Assembly: GCA_050248915.1 (NCBI GenBank)
Contig: JBFWRL010000005.1
Coordinates: forward strand, 10,470 to 74,469
Length of the DNA: 64,000 nucleotides
Source of the DNA: Candidatus Sericytochromatia bacterium
GTDB taxonomy: Bacteria > Cyanobacteriota > Sericytochromatia > UBA7694
Direction of reading: 5' to 3'
Shown here: one piece after another, positions 39,479 through 51,282 of the stretch
Position numbering within the stretch: the stretch's first letter is position 1
How the letters are laid out: every line of letters begins with the position of its first letter
Program-made: the position numbers and the translations under genes
The notes under the pieces: model-generated
Database searches by the model: none
What the model saw: the letters and a program-made list of their open reading frames with translations, nothing else
What the model was told of the DNA's origin: nothing

Positions 39479-41242
39479 ATGAGCGCGACTCCCACCCTAG
39501 ATCCAGAATTAACGACAGTCTATCTTGAGCGTCTGGCTGTTGTACAAGAATTACTGCGTCAGATACAAAGAGATACCTTGGATTATCAAAAAGCCCTTAA
39601 AGCAGCCTACCTCATCCTTGAACAATTAAGGGCCCATCCCCAATTGGGAGGAGCGCTCTCACTTTCCCCCACCATGCCCCTGCCCAGTGAGCAAGAATTG
39701 CCGATTTTTCTCGACTTTCTAACCCGGGTGATGGAGCAACTCTTAAAAAGTGGCTTGGAGCCTGAATTGCTGCGCAAGGTCCGTCAGGGATTAACCTACC
39801 TCCTGCCAAGGCTTTGGACTCCCCCCGAACACCAGCAAAAGACCTTCGACAAACTCAAACCCTCCTTAGCTGCAGGGGCGCAACTCTTTCAGAATGACTT
39901 GTTAAAATCCGCTCTTCAAGACATTGAGACCTTGCCCCCAGAGGCACAAATCGCCAAAGTCCTGAAAGGCGTTGAGCAAAGCCTGATTCAACATGAGCCC
40001 GAACAAACGGGGTTAATTGTGGGCGGCTCCATGCCTTTTGTTGAACAAATTCTCATGCTCTGTAGTATTCCTGGTCTGTATTGGCAGGTCTGTGTCAGCT
40101 GGCAAGAAGCCGTTCAAGCCTCAATGATCAACCCACCTGCCGTAGTGGTTTTTCAATGGGAACAGGCCCAAAGCCAAAACTTTCCAACCCCAGACGCATT
40201 GATCCAAATGGACACAGCAGACATTGTCGCTGTTACGTCCGACTTCAGTCATTTACAATTGGAAAACTTGCCCGAACGGGTCGATCAGATTTTAGAGATC
40301 AAATGGCTGCCGCGTTTTTTACCGGGCCTTTTGCGCAAGAGTCTGATGCGTCAACGGCATCTGGCCCATCAGCGCCGCAAAGACTTTCTCACAGGTCTTC
40401 CCAGCCCCCTGGGCATTTATGAACAATTTGAACATATCCAAGGCCTGTTTAATCGCATGAAAGCCCCATTTTCAATGGCCGTACTCAAATTGGAGCGCTT
40501 TCGCCTGATCGAAGAAGAACAGGGGCCTTACCTGGCCAGTCAATGGCTTAAATCGTTTTCACAAAAGCTCAAAGCCACCTTGCGCCGAACAGACAGTGTG
40601 GGCCGTTGGTCACCGGATCGGTTTTTATTGCTCTTTCCCCATACCCCCGTTTCTGGCGCGCTGATAGCCCTGGAAAAACTGCAACACGGCCTGGAGCAAG
40701 ACCAACCATTTTTGAATAACCCAGATTATTTGCCGGCCTTTTCATCTGGTTTGATTCAGATCAAACCAGACATGGCATTTGAAGAAGCGCTGCTCGAAAG
40801 TTGGAAGCTGATGCAGGAATCGCAGGCCCCCGGCAGTTCTCCTATCCGCTTTAAAGCAGAAGAAGTGAATACAGATATGCAACCGCATATTCTGCTCTTG
40901 GATGACGATCCCCTGATTCTGCAAATGCTGCGCTTTGTCATGTCTAAACAGGGCTTTCAGGTCACCCAATTAAGCGATGGCAATCAAATCCTCAATGTTT
41001 TGGCCAATACGCCGATCTCGCTGATTATCATGGATGTCAAAATGCCGGGTATGGATGGCTTTGAGGTTCTCGAAATGATCCGCAAACAACGTGAATTCGA
41101 TGCTTTGCCGATCGTCATGTTGACCTCACTCAAAGGGGAAGAACACATTGCCCGCGGGTTTGACCTCGGTGCCAATGACTATCTCTATAAACCCTTTTCC
41201 CCGTCAGAATTGGTGATTCGCATCCGCCGCTTCTTAAAATAA
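39479..41242 (+). CDS. Signalling protein: degenerate Hpt/REC-like region, degenerate GGDEF domain, intact C-terminal REC
   Basis: DFLTGL.S; RRTD-SVGRW-SPDRF; FSSG; then LLDDD, MDVKMP, LTS and KPF. Confidence 0.82.
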   Translation: MSATPTLDPELTTVYLERLAVVQELLRQIQRDTLDYQKALKAAYLILEQLRAHPQLGGALSLSPTMPLPSEQELPIFLDFLTRVMEQLLKSGLEPELLRKVRQGLTYLLPRLWTPPEHQQKTFDKLKPSLAAGAQLFQNDLLKSALQDIETLPPEAQIAKVLKGVEQSLIQHEPEQTGLIVGGSMPFVEQILMLCSIPGLYWQVCVSWQEAVQASMINPPAVVVFQWEQAQSQNFPTPDALIQMDTADIVAVTSDFSHLQLENLPERVDQILEIKWLPRFLPGLLRKSLMRQRHLAHQRRKDFLTGLPSPLGIYEQFEHIQGLFNRMKAPFSMAVLKLERFRLIEEEQGPYLASQWLKSFSQKLKATLRRTDSVGRWSPDRFLLLFPHTPVSGALIALEKLQHGLEQDQPFLNNPDYLPAFSSGLIQIKPDMAFEEALLESWKLMQESQAPGSSPIRFKAEEVNTDMQPHILLLDDDPLILQMLRFVMSKQGFQVTQLSDGNQILNVLANTPISLIIMDVKMPGMDGFEVLEMIRKQREFDALPIVMLTSLKGEEHIARGFDLGANDYLYKPFSPSELVIRIRRFLK

Positions 41243-41263
41243 AACACAGAGGAAGGTCAAGCT

Positions 41264-42688
41264 TTAAGCTTTGCTGGAAGAAATGACATCAAAGCCCTTG
41301 CGCTGCATTTTACCCCAGTGCGGCGTTTGGCCTGTGAGTTTGCGCCACATACCACGGGCCCGCCAGAGTGTGAGCAACTGACGGTAGCCCAGACTTTCAA
41401 GCAACGAAGCCAAAATCAGAATCAATAAATCTTTGAGGTGCAAATAGCGCCGAAAGGTCAATTCTTCGAGTGCGATCGCAAAAATTGAAACAATACTGCC
41501 ATAGACAAAAGCCACCAGGAAAAAAGCCATTAAGAAGGAGCCAGAGAGCATCCCCAACAGAGCGGTGATAACAATCGAAATATAGCCTGTCAATTCAATC
41601 ACAGGCCCCAGCATTTCCAGGAAAAAATAATAAGGGTAAGCCAACAGGCCAATCCGACCATAACGCGGATTAAAAAACATCACCCGGTGTTTCCAAATGG
41701 CCTCCATCAGGCCCCGCTGCCAGCGATCGCGCTGATTGGCCAAAATATGCATATCCTCTGGGCACTCTGTCCAGGCCACAGGATCGGGAATAAACGCAAT
41801 TTCATAAGGTTGCTTTTTCTCAAGACAATGTCTGTGCAAGCGCACAATCAGCTCCATATCTTCGCCAACGGTATTGGTTTCATAGCCACCAATTTCAACA
41901 ATCAAAGAACGTTTAAACAGGCCAAAAGCGCCTGAAATAATCAAAGTGCCTCCCAAGACACTCCAACCCATGCGGCCCGAGAGAAACGAGCGCAAATATT
42001 CCAGGGCCTGAAATCGGGCCAACCAGGTTTTGGGCAAACGCACCTGATGCACAACCCCACCAGAAATTTCGCAGCCATTGGCAATCCGAATAATACCGCC
42101 CACAGCCACGGTCTGACTCTCCTCCAGATAAGGTCGCACCACCCTTAGAAGGGCGTCTTGCTCCAAGAGACTATCGGCATCAATGGCACAGAAAAGTGGG
42201 GTTTGGCACATATTGATTCCGGCATTGAGGGCATCAGCTTTGCCGCCATTGTCTTTGTCGATCACCCATAAATTGCTAAATTTCATGCTGCGATAAACGG
42301 TCTGAATCTCTTGAGTTTTAATGCTCGAAAGTGGCGTGCGATAGGCGGGTTCTAATTCATAGGCATCGATCAAACGCTGTAGCGTCTGGTCCTTGGAACC
42401 ATCATTGACCACCATCACCTCGTATTCAGGGTATTGCAGATTGAGCAAGGAACGGATGGATTCCACACAGGTGGATTCTTCGTTATAAGAAGGCACAATC
42501 ACGGTGATGGGAGGAGCCCCTGCTGAAGTCAACAAATATTCAATGTTGACAGACTTTAAACGGCGAGAGTATTTCCGCAAAGCCCCAAAAGAGAGGATAC
42601 TGGTCAAGATATACATGCTGTTCAAAACAAACATGTACACCAGATTGATCATGCTGAGCACCAGCAAAAATATAAAAATCGATTTCAT
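41264..42688 (-). CDS. Processive GT2 polysaccharide synthase (PgaC/IcaA-like)
   Basis: N-terminal TM; PSYNE, DGSKD, GKADALN, DAD, GED and QRDRW; C-terminal TMs. Confidence 0.9.
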   Translation of the reverse strand: MKSIFIFLLVLSMINLVYMFVLNSMYILTSILSFGALRKYSRRLKSVNIEYLLTSAGAPPITVIVPSYNEESTCVESIRSLLNLQYPEYEVMVVNDGSKDQTLQRLIDAYELEPAYRTPLSSIKTQEIQTVYRSMKFSNLWVIDKDNGGKADALNAGINMCQTPLFCAIDADSLLEQDALLRVVRPYLEESQTVAVGGIIRIANGCEISGGVVHQVRLPKTWLARFQALEYLRSFLSGRMGWSVLGGTLIISGAFGLFKRSLIVEIGGYETNTVGEDMELIVRLHRHCLEKKQPYEIAFIPDPVAWTECPEDMHILANQRDRWQRGLMEAIWKHRVMFFNPRYGRIGLLAYPYYFFLEMLGPVIELTGYISIVITALLGMLSGSFLMAFFLVAFVYGSIVSIFAIALEELTFRRYLHLKDLLILILASLLESLGYRQLLTLWRARGMWRKLTGQTPHWGKMQRKGFDVISSSKA

Positions 42689-42824
42689 GGATAATCAATA
42701 CCTGATAAATGCTACCTAATAAATACCTGAATCGAGAAAATACGCTACAGTATGATAACATTGTCTGAAACCCTTAAACATGAGAAACTAAGCAATACTG
42801 TATCAATCATGAGAATTTAATCAC

Positions 42825-44345
42825 GTGGAAAACCTCTGGCATAAATTTTTAAGTACTTGGCTATTGGGAGACTGGGCCCATCAATTCCTGTTGATGCTGA
42901 CCGTTTATATCCTCTTGCTGCTATTTTTGGCCTTGGGATTGGTGGCCTTAACGGTTCGTTTGCATAAATCCAATACAGAAAAAGCCAGTCGCTGGAAAAA
43001 TCTGGAAGCCAAGTGGGACCCGATTACCTCCAGCATTATCGCTGGATTTATGCCACCACAGGCCCTGCTCGACAAAGTCGGAGAAGATGAGAAGTTGTTT
43101 TTTGTCGACTATCTCATGCGTTTTGTTCCCAAATTGGAGGGCGAAACCCGTCAAATGCTGTGTAATATGGCTACACCCTATCTGGATCAATTGGCCACCC
43201 GTGTCGAAAAAGGCGATGAAGAACAGCGGGCCCGTGCCGTTTTAACCCTGAGCACAATGGGATTTGAGCGCTATCAGGATTTAATTGTTAAAGCCATTTA
43301 CGACACATCTCCCCTGGTCGCCATGTTGGCCTCCCGCTCATTGGCAGATAGCGGGGCAAGCCAATATCTGGGTCTGATTCTGGCCAAAATAGATATTTTC
43401 CGCAGTTGGAGCGCCACTTACCTGACCACCATGTTGGAATCCCTGTCGCGCAGCAACCCTGCTCTTTTGTTAAATGCCCTGGAACAAGAGCAACACCCCG
43501 ATTGGGTGAAAGCGATTATTATTCGCGCCTTGGCCCAACTCAATTATTTAGAAGCAGTACCACTGACAGCCCAAATTTTAGAAAGCGACACCGATCGGGA
43601 AGTTCAGGCTGCGGCCTTTTTATTGTTGGCGAAATTGGGTCAAACCCAATACAAGCCCCTGATTTGCCAAAAATGTCAGCACCCAGATTTTGTGATTCGT
43701 TTAAATGCAATCAAGGCTTTGGCCCAATTGGGAGATAAAACAGATGCCCCCCTGCTCGAATCCCTGCTCAAAGACCCCTCTCATTGGGTTGCTCTGCAGG
43801 CCGCAGAGGCTTTAAAAGCCACTGGCAGCCTGGAAATTCTTGATCATTTTGCAGATACAGATCACCCCCATGCCGAATTGGCCCTGCAGGTCCTCTACGA
43901 TCAAGAATCAACCAAAGAATTAGAGATTGCGGCCCACTCAATCACCTTCAGCAATAAAGTGCCACAATGGTTGCGCTCCACCTTTCGTCGGCGTTCAGCT
44001 GTGGCGTGGCGTCGGGTCGGGCACATTCTCTATTTGCCCGAGACCCATTTAGAGGTGCGCAAAGCCATTGCAATCAACCTTAAGCCCGAAGCTGACGCCT
44101 CGATTTACCAAGAGGCGATCACCCATTTGTTTTCACAAAAATTCAAAGAAGATCCCAGCTTTTTGGTGCATGTGCTCTATCGCATGCGCCCCGAACAATC
44201 ATTGGAAACCCTGAGCCAGTTTTTTTTCCAGACCAGCCACCGCCTCTCTCAGGAGACCATTCTACAGATTTTTCAGCATCATCCAGGCGCAAAACAGCGG
44301 TACTCAACATTTATTCAGAATGCGACCCAGGTTTTACGCGTCTAA
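42825..44345 (+). CDS. Membrane-anchored HEAT-repeat protein
   Basis: N-terminal TM; repeats such as D.SPLVAMLASRSL, D.DREVQAAA..LL, HPDFVIRLNAIKAL and DPSHWVALQAAEAL. Confidence 0.82.
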   Translation: MENLWHKFLSTWLLGDWAHQFLLMLTVYILLLLFLALGLVALTVRLHKSNTEKASRWKNLEAKWDPITSSIIAGFMPPQALLDKVGEDEKLFFVDYLMRFVPKLEGETRQMLCNMATPYLDQLATRVEKGDEEQRARAVLTLSTMGFERYQDLIVKAIYDTSPLVAMLASRSLADSGASQYLGLILAKIDIFRSWSATYLTTMLESLSRSNPALLLNALEQEQHPDWVKAIIIRALAQLNYLEAVPLTAQILESDTDREVQAAAFLLLAKLGQTQYKPLICQKCQHPDFVIRLNAIKALAQLGDKTDAPLLESLLKDPSHWVALQAAEALKATGSLEILDHFADTDHPHAELALQVLYDQESTKELEIAAHSITFSNKVPQWLRSTFRRRSAVAWRRVGHILYLPETHLEVRKAIAINLKPEADASIYQEAITHLFSQKFKEDPSFLVHVLYRMRPEQSLETLSQFFFQTSHRLSQETILQIFQHHPGAKQRYSTFIQNATQVLRV

Positions 44346-44363
44346 TGGCGCAAAACTTAATTC

Positions 44364-46784
44364 TCATTTTTTACCCGCCAAGAACTGACTCACCTGGGTT
44401 AAATAGCTTTCTAATTCCACGATAAAGCTGTAAATTTTTTCTTTTTCAGCTTTGTGGCCTGCCTCTTGAATTTTTTCGCCCAATGCCGTCAATCGGGGAA
44501 AACCATAAGCAGTACCACTGCCTTTCATGCTGTGCCCCAAACGCCCAAGCTCTTTAAAGTTTTGCAGTTCCAAAAACTGTTTTAACTCTTTGACATCTTT
44601 CTGCCTGTTTTCAATAAACTGCGGCATCAATTCGGCGATGTCAGGGTCGACATCTTGGATCTCCAATTCGGCTTCTGTCAGAGGCTTGGGATGTGAAGGT
44701 TCGGGATCACCTGCCCCCGCAGCGGTGGCAACACAGGAGAGGAAATCAAGGGTATCGAGCAACTCCTGCTTGCGGATCGGCTTGGTGAGATAAAGATTGC
44801 TCCCAGCCGCCAAAATAGCATCGCGTACACTGGTCAGTGCATCTGCCGTCAAAGCAACAATTGGCACAGGCTTTCGCCCTTGGGATTGCTCCCATTCACG
44901 AATTTTACGGGTGGCTGTATATCCATCCATAATGGGCATTTGAATATCCATCAAGACCAGATCAAACGGATGCGTGGTAAAGAGGTTTACAGCCTCTTCG
45001 CCATTGTGGGCGTCACTGATCTTATACTGCGTTCCCTTCAGATACATATGCACCAAAAGCCGGTTATCGGGCGAGTCTTCCACCAACAGCAGACGCATAG
45101 GCCGACTGGGCCCCCCCATAAATGCGGCAGGGGGCTTGGGTAAACCCTGTCGAGTCGGGGCCGCGCGCACGTTGCCTTCTCCGGTCTTAAAGCGCAGGGT
45201 ACAGGAAAAAGTACTGCCCTGCCCCGGTGAACTTTCAACCCAGATATGTCCCCGAAACAACTCGACCAGGCGGCGTGTAATCGCCAAACCCAAACCTGTT
45301 CCCCCATAGCGGCGGGTGGTGGATGAATCGGCCTGGCGGAAACTCTCAAAAATCCGAGATTGCTGCTCAGGAGAAATCCCCACCCCCGTGTCCCTGACCG
45401 AAACCATCAAACAAATCTCTTCGTCGCGAGAAAGCGTCTGATAATCATAAACCTCAACCGTTACGCCACCCTTCGACGTAAACTTCATCGCATTCCCAAT
45501 CAAATTCATTAAAATCTGACGAAAGCGACCAGGGTCTCCCGTAATTTGATCCGGCAGACTGTCGGCAATCTGACAGCGCAAAGTGAGACCTTTGGTTTGG
45601 GCCTGCTTTTCAAACATGGCCAAAATACCATTGACAATGGGCCGAAAGCGGAATGTTTGATCTTCAAGCGTAAATTTTCCGGATTCAATGCGAGACAAAT
45701 CCAAGACATCATTGATCAAATTGAGCAAAGTACTGCTGGCATTTTTACAGACATTCAAATACTTATCTTGATCCGATGTCAGTGAGGTTTCGGCCAGCAG
45801 ATCCAACATGCCCATCATGGCATTTAAGGGGGTGCGGATTTCATGACTGATGGTGGCCAAAAATTCAGATTTGGCCCGAGAGGCCTGCAAGGCCTGATCA
45901 CGGGCCTGCTGTAATTCTGACTCAGCCATTTTACTTTGGGTAATATCTGAGGCATAGATATTGACATAATCGTATTCTTGCACCGGGACAAAATAAAAAT
46001 GAAAATAGCGGTTATCGAGCTGTATTTCACTTTCACGGGTACTCTGGCCAGTGAGAGCTTCCAACAAAGGGCCTTGCCAAGGCTCAGGAAAAGCCTGTCC
46101 TACTTCACAATTCCAATAATTCAACAATTGCTGGCCACTGGCATTGGCGTAGAGCAAAAGCGCATCCCGGTCAACCCGAAAGACGGGGTTGGGGTTTTCT
46201 GCAGGGAAACGGGATAAATTAGACAATGCCGCCGCTTCTTGATGGTAACGGGTAATATCCCGATAGACCCAAAAATGGCCAAGGTAATGACCTTCTTCTA
46301 AAATGGGCAGATAATCCCGTTCAAAGACGCGGCCATCCAAAAGTTTGAGCGTTTCACTTAAGACCGGCTGGCGCTTATACAAATGGCTTTGAATGCGTCC
46401 CAAAAACTCGTCAGCATCGCTAAAAAGAACAGAAAAAGTAGTTGAAAGTTGTCCACTATCTGTTCCAATCAAACTTTCAGACGGAGCTTCGAGGCCAAAA
46501 ATCTGACAGAAATAGGGATTGGTGATCACGACCCTGCGTTGGGCATCTTCGACCAAAACCCCTGCCTGCAAATAACGCACCAAAATTTCCAGTCGGGCAT
46601 CCAATGGACGTTGCAAAACAGTGCTCTCGGTGGGGCTTAAAAAATCTGGTATTCCCTGTTCTGGTTCGAGGGGTTCTGACGCCAAAGGCAAACCCGACAT
46701 TTCAGCGGGAGACAAGGCAACACGCTCTTGGCGTTGCTCTTCTTCTGATTCATTAAAAAGTTCTGCAAAAGAATCCAAACTCAT
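44364..46784 (-). CDS. Hybrid sensor kinase PAS-PAS-HisKA-HATPase-REC-Hpt
   Basis: [37 protein letters not shown] and Hpt GHSMKGSG; no TM segment. Confidence 0.93.
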   Translation of the reverse strand: MSLDSFAELFNESEEEQRQERVALSPAEMSGLPLASEPLEPEQGIPDFLSPTESTVLQRPLDARLEILVRYLQAGVLVEDAQRRVVITNPYFCQIFGLEAPSESLIGTDSGQLSTTFSVLFSDADEFLGRIQSHLYKRQPVLSETLKLLDGRVFERDYLPILEEGHYLGHFWVYRDITRYHQEAAALSNLSRFPAENPNPVFRVDRDALLLYANASGQQLLNYWNCEVGQAFPEPWQGPLLEALTGQSTRESEIQLDNRYFHFYFVPVQEYDYVNIYASDITQSKMAESELQQARDQALQASRAKSEFLATISHEIRTPLNAMMGMLDLLAETSLTSDQDKYLNVCKNASSTLLNLINDVLDLSRIESGKFTLEDQTFRFRPIVNGILAMFEKQAQTKGLTLRCQIADSLPDQITGDPGRFRQILMNLIGNAMKFTSKGGVTVEVYDYQTLSRDEEICLMVSVRDTGVGISPEQQSRIFESFRQADSSTTRRYGGTGLGLAITRRLVELFRGHIWVESSPGQGSTFSCTLRFKTGEGNVRAAPTRQGLPKPPAAFMGGPSRPMRLLLVEDSPDNRLLVHMYLKGTQYKISDAHNGEEAVNLFTTHPFDLVLMDIQMPIMDGYTATRKIREWEQSQGRKPVPIVALTADALTSVRDAILAAGSNLYLTKPIRKQELLDTLDFLSCVATAAGAGDPEPSHPKPLTEAELEIQDVDPDIAELMPQFIENRQKDVKELKQFLELQNFKELGRLGHSMKGSGTAYGFPRLTALGEKIQEAGHKAEKEKIYSFIVELESYLTQVSQFLAGKK

Positions 46785-46863
46785 GTTGTTTATGGTATCA
46801 CAGGTTGGGGTTGAGACTTAACTGCTATAATAACTGCATCAAGCACTTTTGGCGGTAACGCTT

Positions 46864-48801
46864 ATGCCTGTTCTCCTCCGTGCTCTGCTCAGCTTTTTGG
46901 CTCCGGCTCTGCTGGTCTTTGCAGGTTTCACAGGTTGGTATAGCTGGCAATTTCAAGACACAAGTGCCCAACCCCAGGTGCGTATCAAGGCCCTCTTGCC
47001 CCAAATTTCCCGAGCAATCGCCAATGAAACCCCCGAACAATTGCACCTCCTTTTAAAGCCCTTGCCTTTTCAAATCGTGATCACGGATTCAGAAGGACAG
47101 ATACTTTCAAGCAATTTAAAAGGCCCCAAAAGCGGCCTCACAGCCGCACAAGAAGCATTAAAAGCCCGTGATTTTAATGCCGAAATGCGCACCCCCGATG
47201 GTTTGGGCCGCATTTATTTTAGTCAAAATCAAGGATTTTGGCATCCTATATTAATTTTTCCACTTATATTCAGCATATTAATGGGTTTTTTAAGCTCTTT
47301 TTGGGATTATTTCAACAACAGACAGACAGAAGAAGCTGTGGGCGAAATTCGCATATTGACCCGCGAAAACACACTCAAACCGACTTTTGAAGATAAATCT
47401 GAGGAACAAAAAAAAGAGCGCGAGCGCCTGCTTGGTAAAATCACTTCGTTGCAAAAACAACTGGATATCACCGAACACCGCTTGGAGCAAACCCGGTTAA
47501 ATTTGCATCAAACACAGCTCAAATTGGGTGAACAAGATGCCGGTGAAGCCAGAGAAAGGGTCCACGTATTAGAAGATGAGTTGAAACACAGCCAACAAAA
47601 AATCAAACGCCTCCAAGAAACCGTGCAGCTCCAAACAGAGATGGAATACCACCTGCGTGAAAAACAAGAAAAAGCGGAAAAAGAACAACAGGCGTTAAAA
47701 CAACTGCTGCGCGAGCGCGAAACTGAATTGGGCAAGCTGGAGAAAGCGCAGCATCAACTGAGTGCATCCTTGAGTCAAAGCCAAGTATCTGAGAAAGATA
47801 AATCCCGACAATTGGCAGAGCTCAACCAACGTCTGTTGGAATTGGAAGACATCAACCGCCAAGTTTACGAAGCCTATCAAGAAATTGAAAAGCTGCGAAA
47901 ATCCGAATTGGAATTGATGCGCCGGGAGGAAATTTGGCAAAAAGACAAACAAAAATTACTGGGGTTGCTCAGCGAGCGGGAACAATTATTGCAAGAGACC
48001 CGCGAGCGGCTCAGCCTCAACCGCCAAAAACTGCGCGAGCTCTCAATTGCCTATAAACAACAACTCGAGATCGGGCAAAACAATCCGGCAGATCTGAGTG
48101 AAGCCCATGATCTGATCCGGCATCTGATCTCAGACAAAGACGAGGTCGAGCGAGAAAATGCCCATCTACAGGTAGAACTCTCAGACAAAAGCTCTGAGAT
48201 CAATCGCTTGCGCAAGGAACTGGAAACCCGTGCCCAGCACCTGCAGGAATCCGATCACCGCCTGCAAGAAATGGAAAAAGAGCTCAAAAAACTCCGTTTG
48301 GAACTGGAGTTAGTGGGTGACACGCTCTCAGATAAATTGCTCGATCTCGATCGTTTGAGCAGCACCCACAGCGAAGACAGTTTGGCTTTGGCCAGCCTGA
48401 TGCAAGAGCGTGACATTCTTAAACAAAGTCTTTTGGACACAGAAAACCAAATGCAACAGCTGCAAGAAGACAAAGCGTACCTGCTATTTGAAAAAGAGAC
48501 CTTGGCAGAAAAACTCGAAAAAATCGACATTCAGGATTACGAGCTGCAAATCGAACAGCTAAAACAATCACTGCAGGTCGTTGGCGCTCAACAACAGCGA
48601 AAACAAGAGGCCCTCAACAGCCTGAAAGAGAAGCTACAACAGGGCGCTGAACTCTATGAAAAGCTCAAACGCCACGTTGAAAAGAAAGAGCGTCAAATTG
48701 ACCAACTCAAGGAAGATCTCACCCGAAAGGAGTCGATTATTCATCTGCTTGAACAAAAGCTCGAAAAAGCAGGAATCATCGACCCAGCTGGGAATTATTA
48801 A
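46864..48801 (+). CDS. Two-TM protein with ~480-aa cytoplasmic coiled coil
   Basis: Two hydrophobic segments, then E/K/Q/L heptad-rich sequence; no ATPase motif. Confidence 0.8.
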   Translation: MPVLLRALLSFLAPALLVFAGFTGWYSWQFQDTSAQPQVRIKALLPQISRAIANETPEQLHLLLKPLPFQIVITDSEGQILSSNLKGPKSGLTAAQEALKARDFNAEMRTPDGLGRIYFSQNQGFWHPILIFPLIFSILMGFLSSFWDYFNNRQTEEAVGEIRILTRENTLKPTFEDKSEEQKKERERLLGKITSLQKQLDITEHRLEQTRLNLHQTQLKLGEQDAGEARERVHVLEDELKHSQQKIKRLQETVQLQTEMEYHLREKQEKAEKEQQALKQLLRERETELGKLEKAQHQLSASLSQSQVSEKDKSRQLAELNQRLLELEDINRQVYEAYQEIEKLRKSELELMRREEIWQKDKQKLLGLLSEREQLLQETRERLSLNRQKLRELSIAYKQQLEIGQNNPADLSEAHDLIRHLISDKDEVERENAHLQVELSDKSSEINRLRKELETRAQHLQESDHRLQEMEKELKKLRLELELVGDTLSDKLLDLDRLSSTHSEDSLALASLMQERDILKQSLLDTENQMQQLQEDKAYLLFEKETLAEKLEKIDIQDYELQIEQLKQSLQVVGAQQQRKQEALNSLKEKLQQGAELYEKLKRHVEKKERQIDQLKEDLTRKESIIHLLEQKLEKAGIIDPAGNY

Positions 48802-51188
48802 CCGCTGCAGGCCTCACAGGCTTCCGGGTTATCGAGGGAACAGGCAATCCCCTCCGCACTCATCGCCAAAACAGGCACAGGTGCTGAAGCAGAGCTAACC
48901 GTCGCAGGGACCTTTTCTGGCGTGGCCACAGGATCCAAGGTGAATTTAATGGCATCAGCCGCCGCCTTGGTGCGCAGGTAATACATGCCCGTTTTAAGGC
49001 CCTTTTTCCAACCATAAAAATGCATGGAGGTCAGTTTGGCATAGGTCGGATTTTCCATAAACAGATTGAGTGACTGAGACTGACAAATAAAGGCACCGCG
49101 ATCAGCCGCCATATCAATCAAGGTACGCTGCTTGATTTCCCAGACCGTTTTGTAAATGTCTTTGATATGCTGCGGAATTTCATCAATATTCTGAACAGAG
49201 CCATTGCTGGCAATGATCTTATTTTTGAGGGCGTCGCTCCAAAGTCCGAGATCCACCAAATCGCGCAAGAGATGTTTATTGACCACAATAAACTCACCCG
49301 AGAGCACCCGACGGGTATAAATATTGGAGGTATAGGGTTCAAAGCACTCGTTATTTCCCAAGATCTGCGAAGTCGAAGCGGTGGGCATGGGGGCCACCAA
49401 AAGTGAATTGCGCAGACCATGGGCCTGGATTTTCTGTTTGAGTTCGCTCCAATTCCAGCGCGAAGTGGGCTCAACGCCCCAGAGGTCAAATTGCAATTTG
49501 CCCTGAGAAGCCGGAGAACCGGCAAAGGTCGAATAAGGGCCTTCCACTTGAGCCAACTCAGTAGAGGCAGAGCAGGCGGCAAAATAAATCGTTTCAAAAA
49601 TCTCGCGATTTAAGGCCTTGGCCTCTTCTGAATCAAAGGGCATACGCAACATAATAAAGACATCTGCCAACCCCTGAACACCTAAGCCAATGGGGCGGTG
49701 ACGCATATTTGAGTTGCGGGCCTCTTCAACGGGATAATAATTGAGATCAATGATTCTGTTTAAGTTGCGGGTCACCACCTGGGTCACCTCAAACAGTTTT
49801 TGATGGTCAAATTGGCCATCAACCACATATTTCGGCAAAGCCAATGAGGCCAAATTACAGACCGCCACCTCATCAGGGGCGGTGTATTCGATGATTTCTG
49901 TACAGAGGTTGCTGGATTTGATTGTGCCGAGATTTTGTTGATTGCTCTTGCGGTTACAGGCATCTTTGTAGAGCATATAGGGATTGCCCGTTTCGATCTG
50001 GGCATCCAGAATGGCGGTCCAGACATCGCGGGCCTTGAGGGTTTTGCGGGCACGACCTTCACGCTCATAACGGGTATAAAGTGTTTCAAAGGTCTCGCCC
50101 CAAGAATCTGCCAAGCCAGGTGCCTCATTTGGGCAAAAGAGCGACCAAGTCCCCTCTTCTTCGACCCGCTGCATAAACAGATCGGGCATCCAGAGAGCGT
50201 AAAACAGATCGCGGGCCCGTGCTTCTTCTTTGCCATGGTTTTTGCGCAGCTCTAAAAAATCCATGATATCGGCATGCCAGGGCTCTAAATAAACAGCAAA
50301 AGCCCCTTTGCGTTTGCCACCGCCCTGATCAACATAGCGTGCGGTATCGTTATAGACCCGCAGCATGGGAACAATGCCATTGCTGGTGCCATTGGTACCA
50401 CTGATATACGAGCCCGTGGCGCGAATATTGTGAATACTCAGGCCAATCCCCCCCGCAGACTGAGAGATTTTGGCGCAGGTTTTGAGGGTATCGTAAATAC
50501 CATCAATGCTGTCGTCTTTCATGCTGATCAAAAAGCAAGAAGACATCTGTGGTTTGGGTGTAGAGGCATTAAACAGGGTGGGCGTGGCATGGGTAAACCA
50601 ACGCTCAGAGAGCAGATCGTAAGTTTCGATAACGGCAGGGATATTTTCACGGTGAATCCCAACGGCAACACGCATCAACATATGCTGGGGACGCTCAACA
50701 ATTTTGTCGTGCAACTTGAGCAAATAAGAGCGTTCAAGGGTTTTAAAACCAAAGAAATCAAGCAAAAAATCGCGATCATGAATAATCGCCGAATCCAGTT
50801 CTTGGGCATTTTCTTGAATGATCTTATAGACTTCATTCGAAATTAAAGCCGCGCTGTGACCCGTTTTGGGATCAACGTATTCATAAAGGTCGCGCATGGT
50901 CTCAGAAAAAGATTTTTTGGTGGTCTTGTGCAGATTAGAAACCCCAATCCGCGCAGCCAAAAGTGCATAGTCCGGATGTTTGGTTGTCAGAGTAGCGGCA
51001 ATTTCAGCAGCTAAATTGTCCAGCTCCAAAGTGGTGACCCCATCGTAGAGGCCTTCAATCACCTTCATGGCAATCCGCACCGAATCCACATGGGCCTGAT
51101 CCAGACCATAACAGAGTTTCTGAATCCGGGAGGTGATTTTATCAAATTTAACGGCTTCCTGGCGACCGTCACGCTTTACTACAAACAT
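48798..51188 (-). CDS. nrdA: Class Ia ribonucleotide reductase alpha subunit with ATP cone
   Basis: [34 protein letters not shown] and C-terminal CEAC. Confidence 0.97.
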   Translation of the reverse strand: MFVVKRDGRQEAVKFDKITSRIQKLCYGLDQAHVDSVRIAMKVIEGLYDGVTTLELDNLAAEIAATLTTKHPDYALLAARIGVSNLHKTTKKSFSETMRDLYEYVDPKTGHSAALISNEVYKIIQENAQELDSAIIHDRDFLLDFFGFKTLERSYLLKLHDKIVERPQHMLMRVAVGIHRENIPAVIETYDLLSERWFTHATPTLFNASTPKPQMSSCFLISMKDDSIDGIYDTLKTCAKISQSAGGIGLSIHNIRATGSYISGTNGTSNGIVPMLRVYNDTARYVDQGGGKRKGAFAVYLEPWHADIMDFLELRKNHGKEEARARDLFYALWMPDLFMQRVEEEGTWSLFCPNEAPGLADSWGETFETLYTRYEREGRARKTLKARDVWTAILDAQIETGNPYMLYKDACNRKSNQQNLGTIKSSNLCTEIIEYTAPDEVAVCNLASLALPKYVVDGQFDHQKLFEVTQVVTRNLNRIIDLNYYPVEEARNSNMRHRPIGLGVQGLADVFIMLRMPFDSEEAKALNREIFETIYFAACSASTELAQVEGPYSTFAGSPASQGKLQFDLWGVEPTSRWNWSELKQKIQAHGLRNSLLVAPMPTASTSQILGNNECFEPYTSNIYTRRVLSGEFIVVNKHLLRDLVDLGLWSDALKNKIIASNGSVQNIDEIPQHIKDIYKTVWEIKQRTLIDMAADRGAFICQSQSLNLFMENPTYAKLTSMHFYGWKKGLKTGMYYLRTKAAADAIKFTLDPVATPEKVPATVSSASAPVPVLAMSAEGIACSLDNPEACEACSG

Positions 51189-51282
51189 CGGCACAAACCC
51201 TTTTCTTCAAACATTCTTTAATTCGGCTCCTGATCAAGCCACATATCAGTTAAAGCGCGCGGGCTTTAACGCGGATCATCAC

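Noticed and set aside
46864-48801. SMC or methyl-accepting chemotaxis protein
   Set aside because: No Walker motifs and no MCP signalling hairpin motif.
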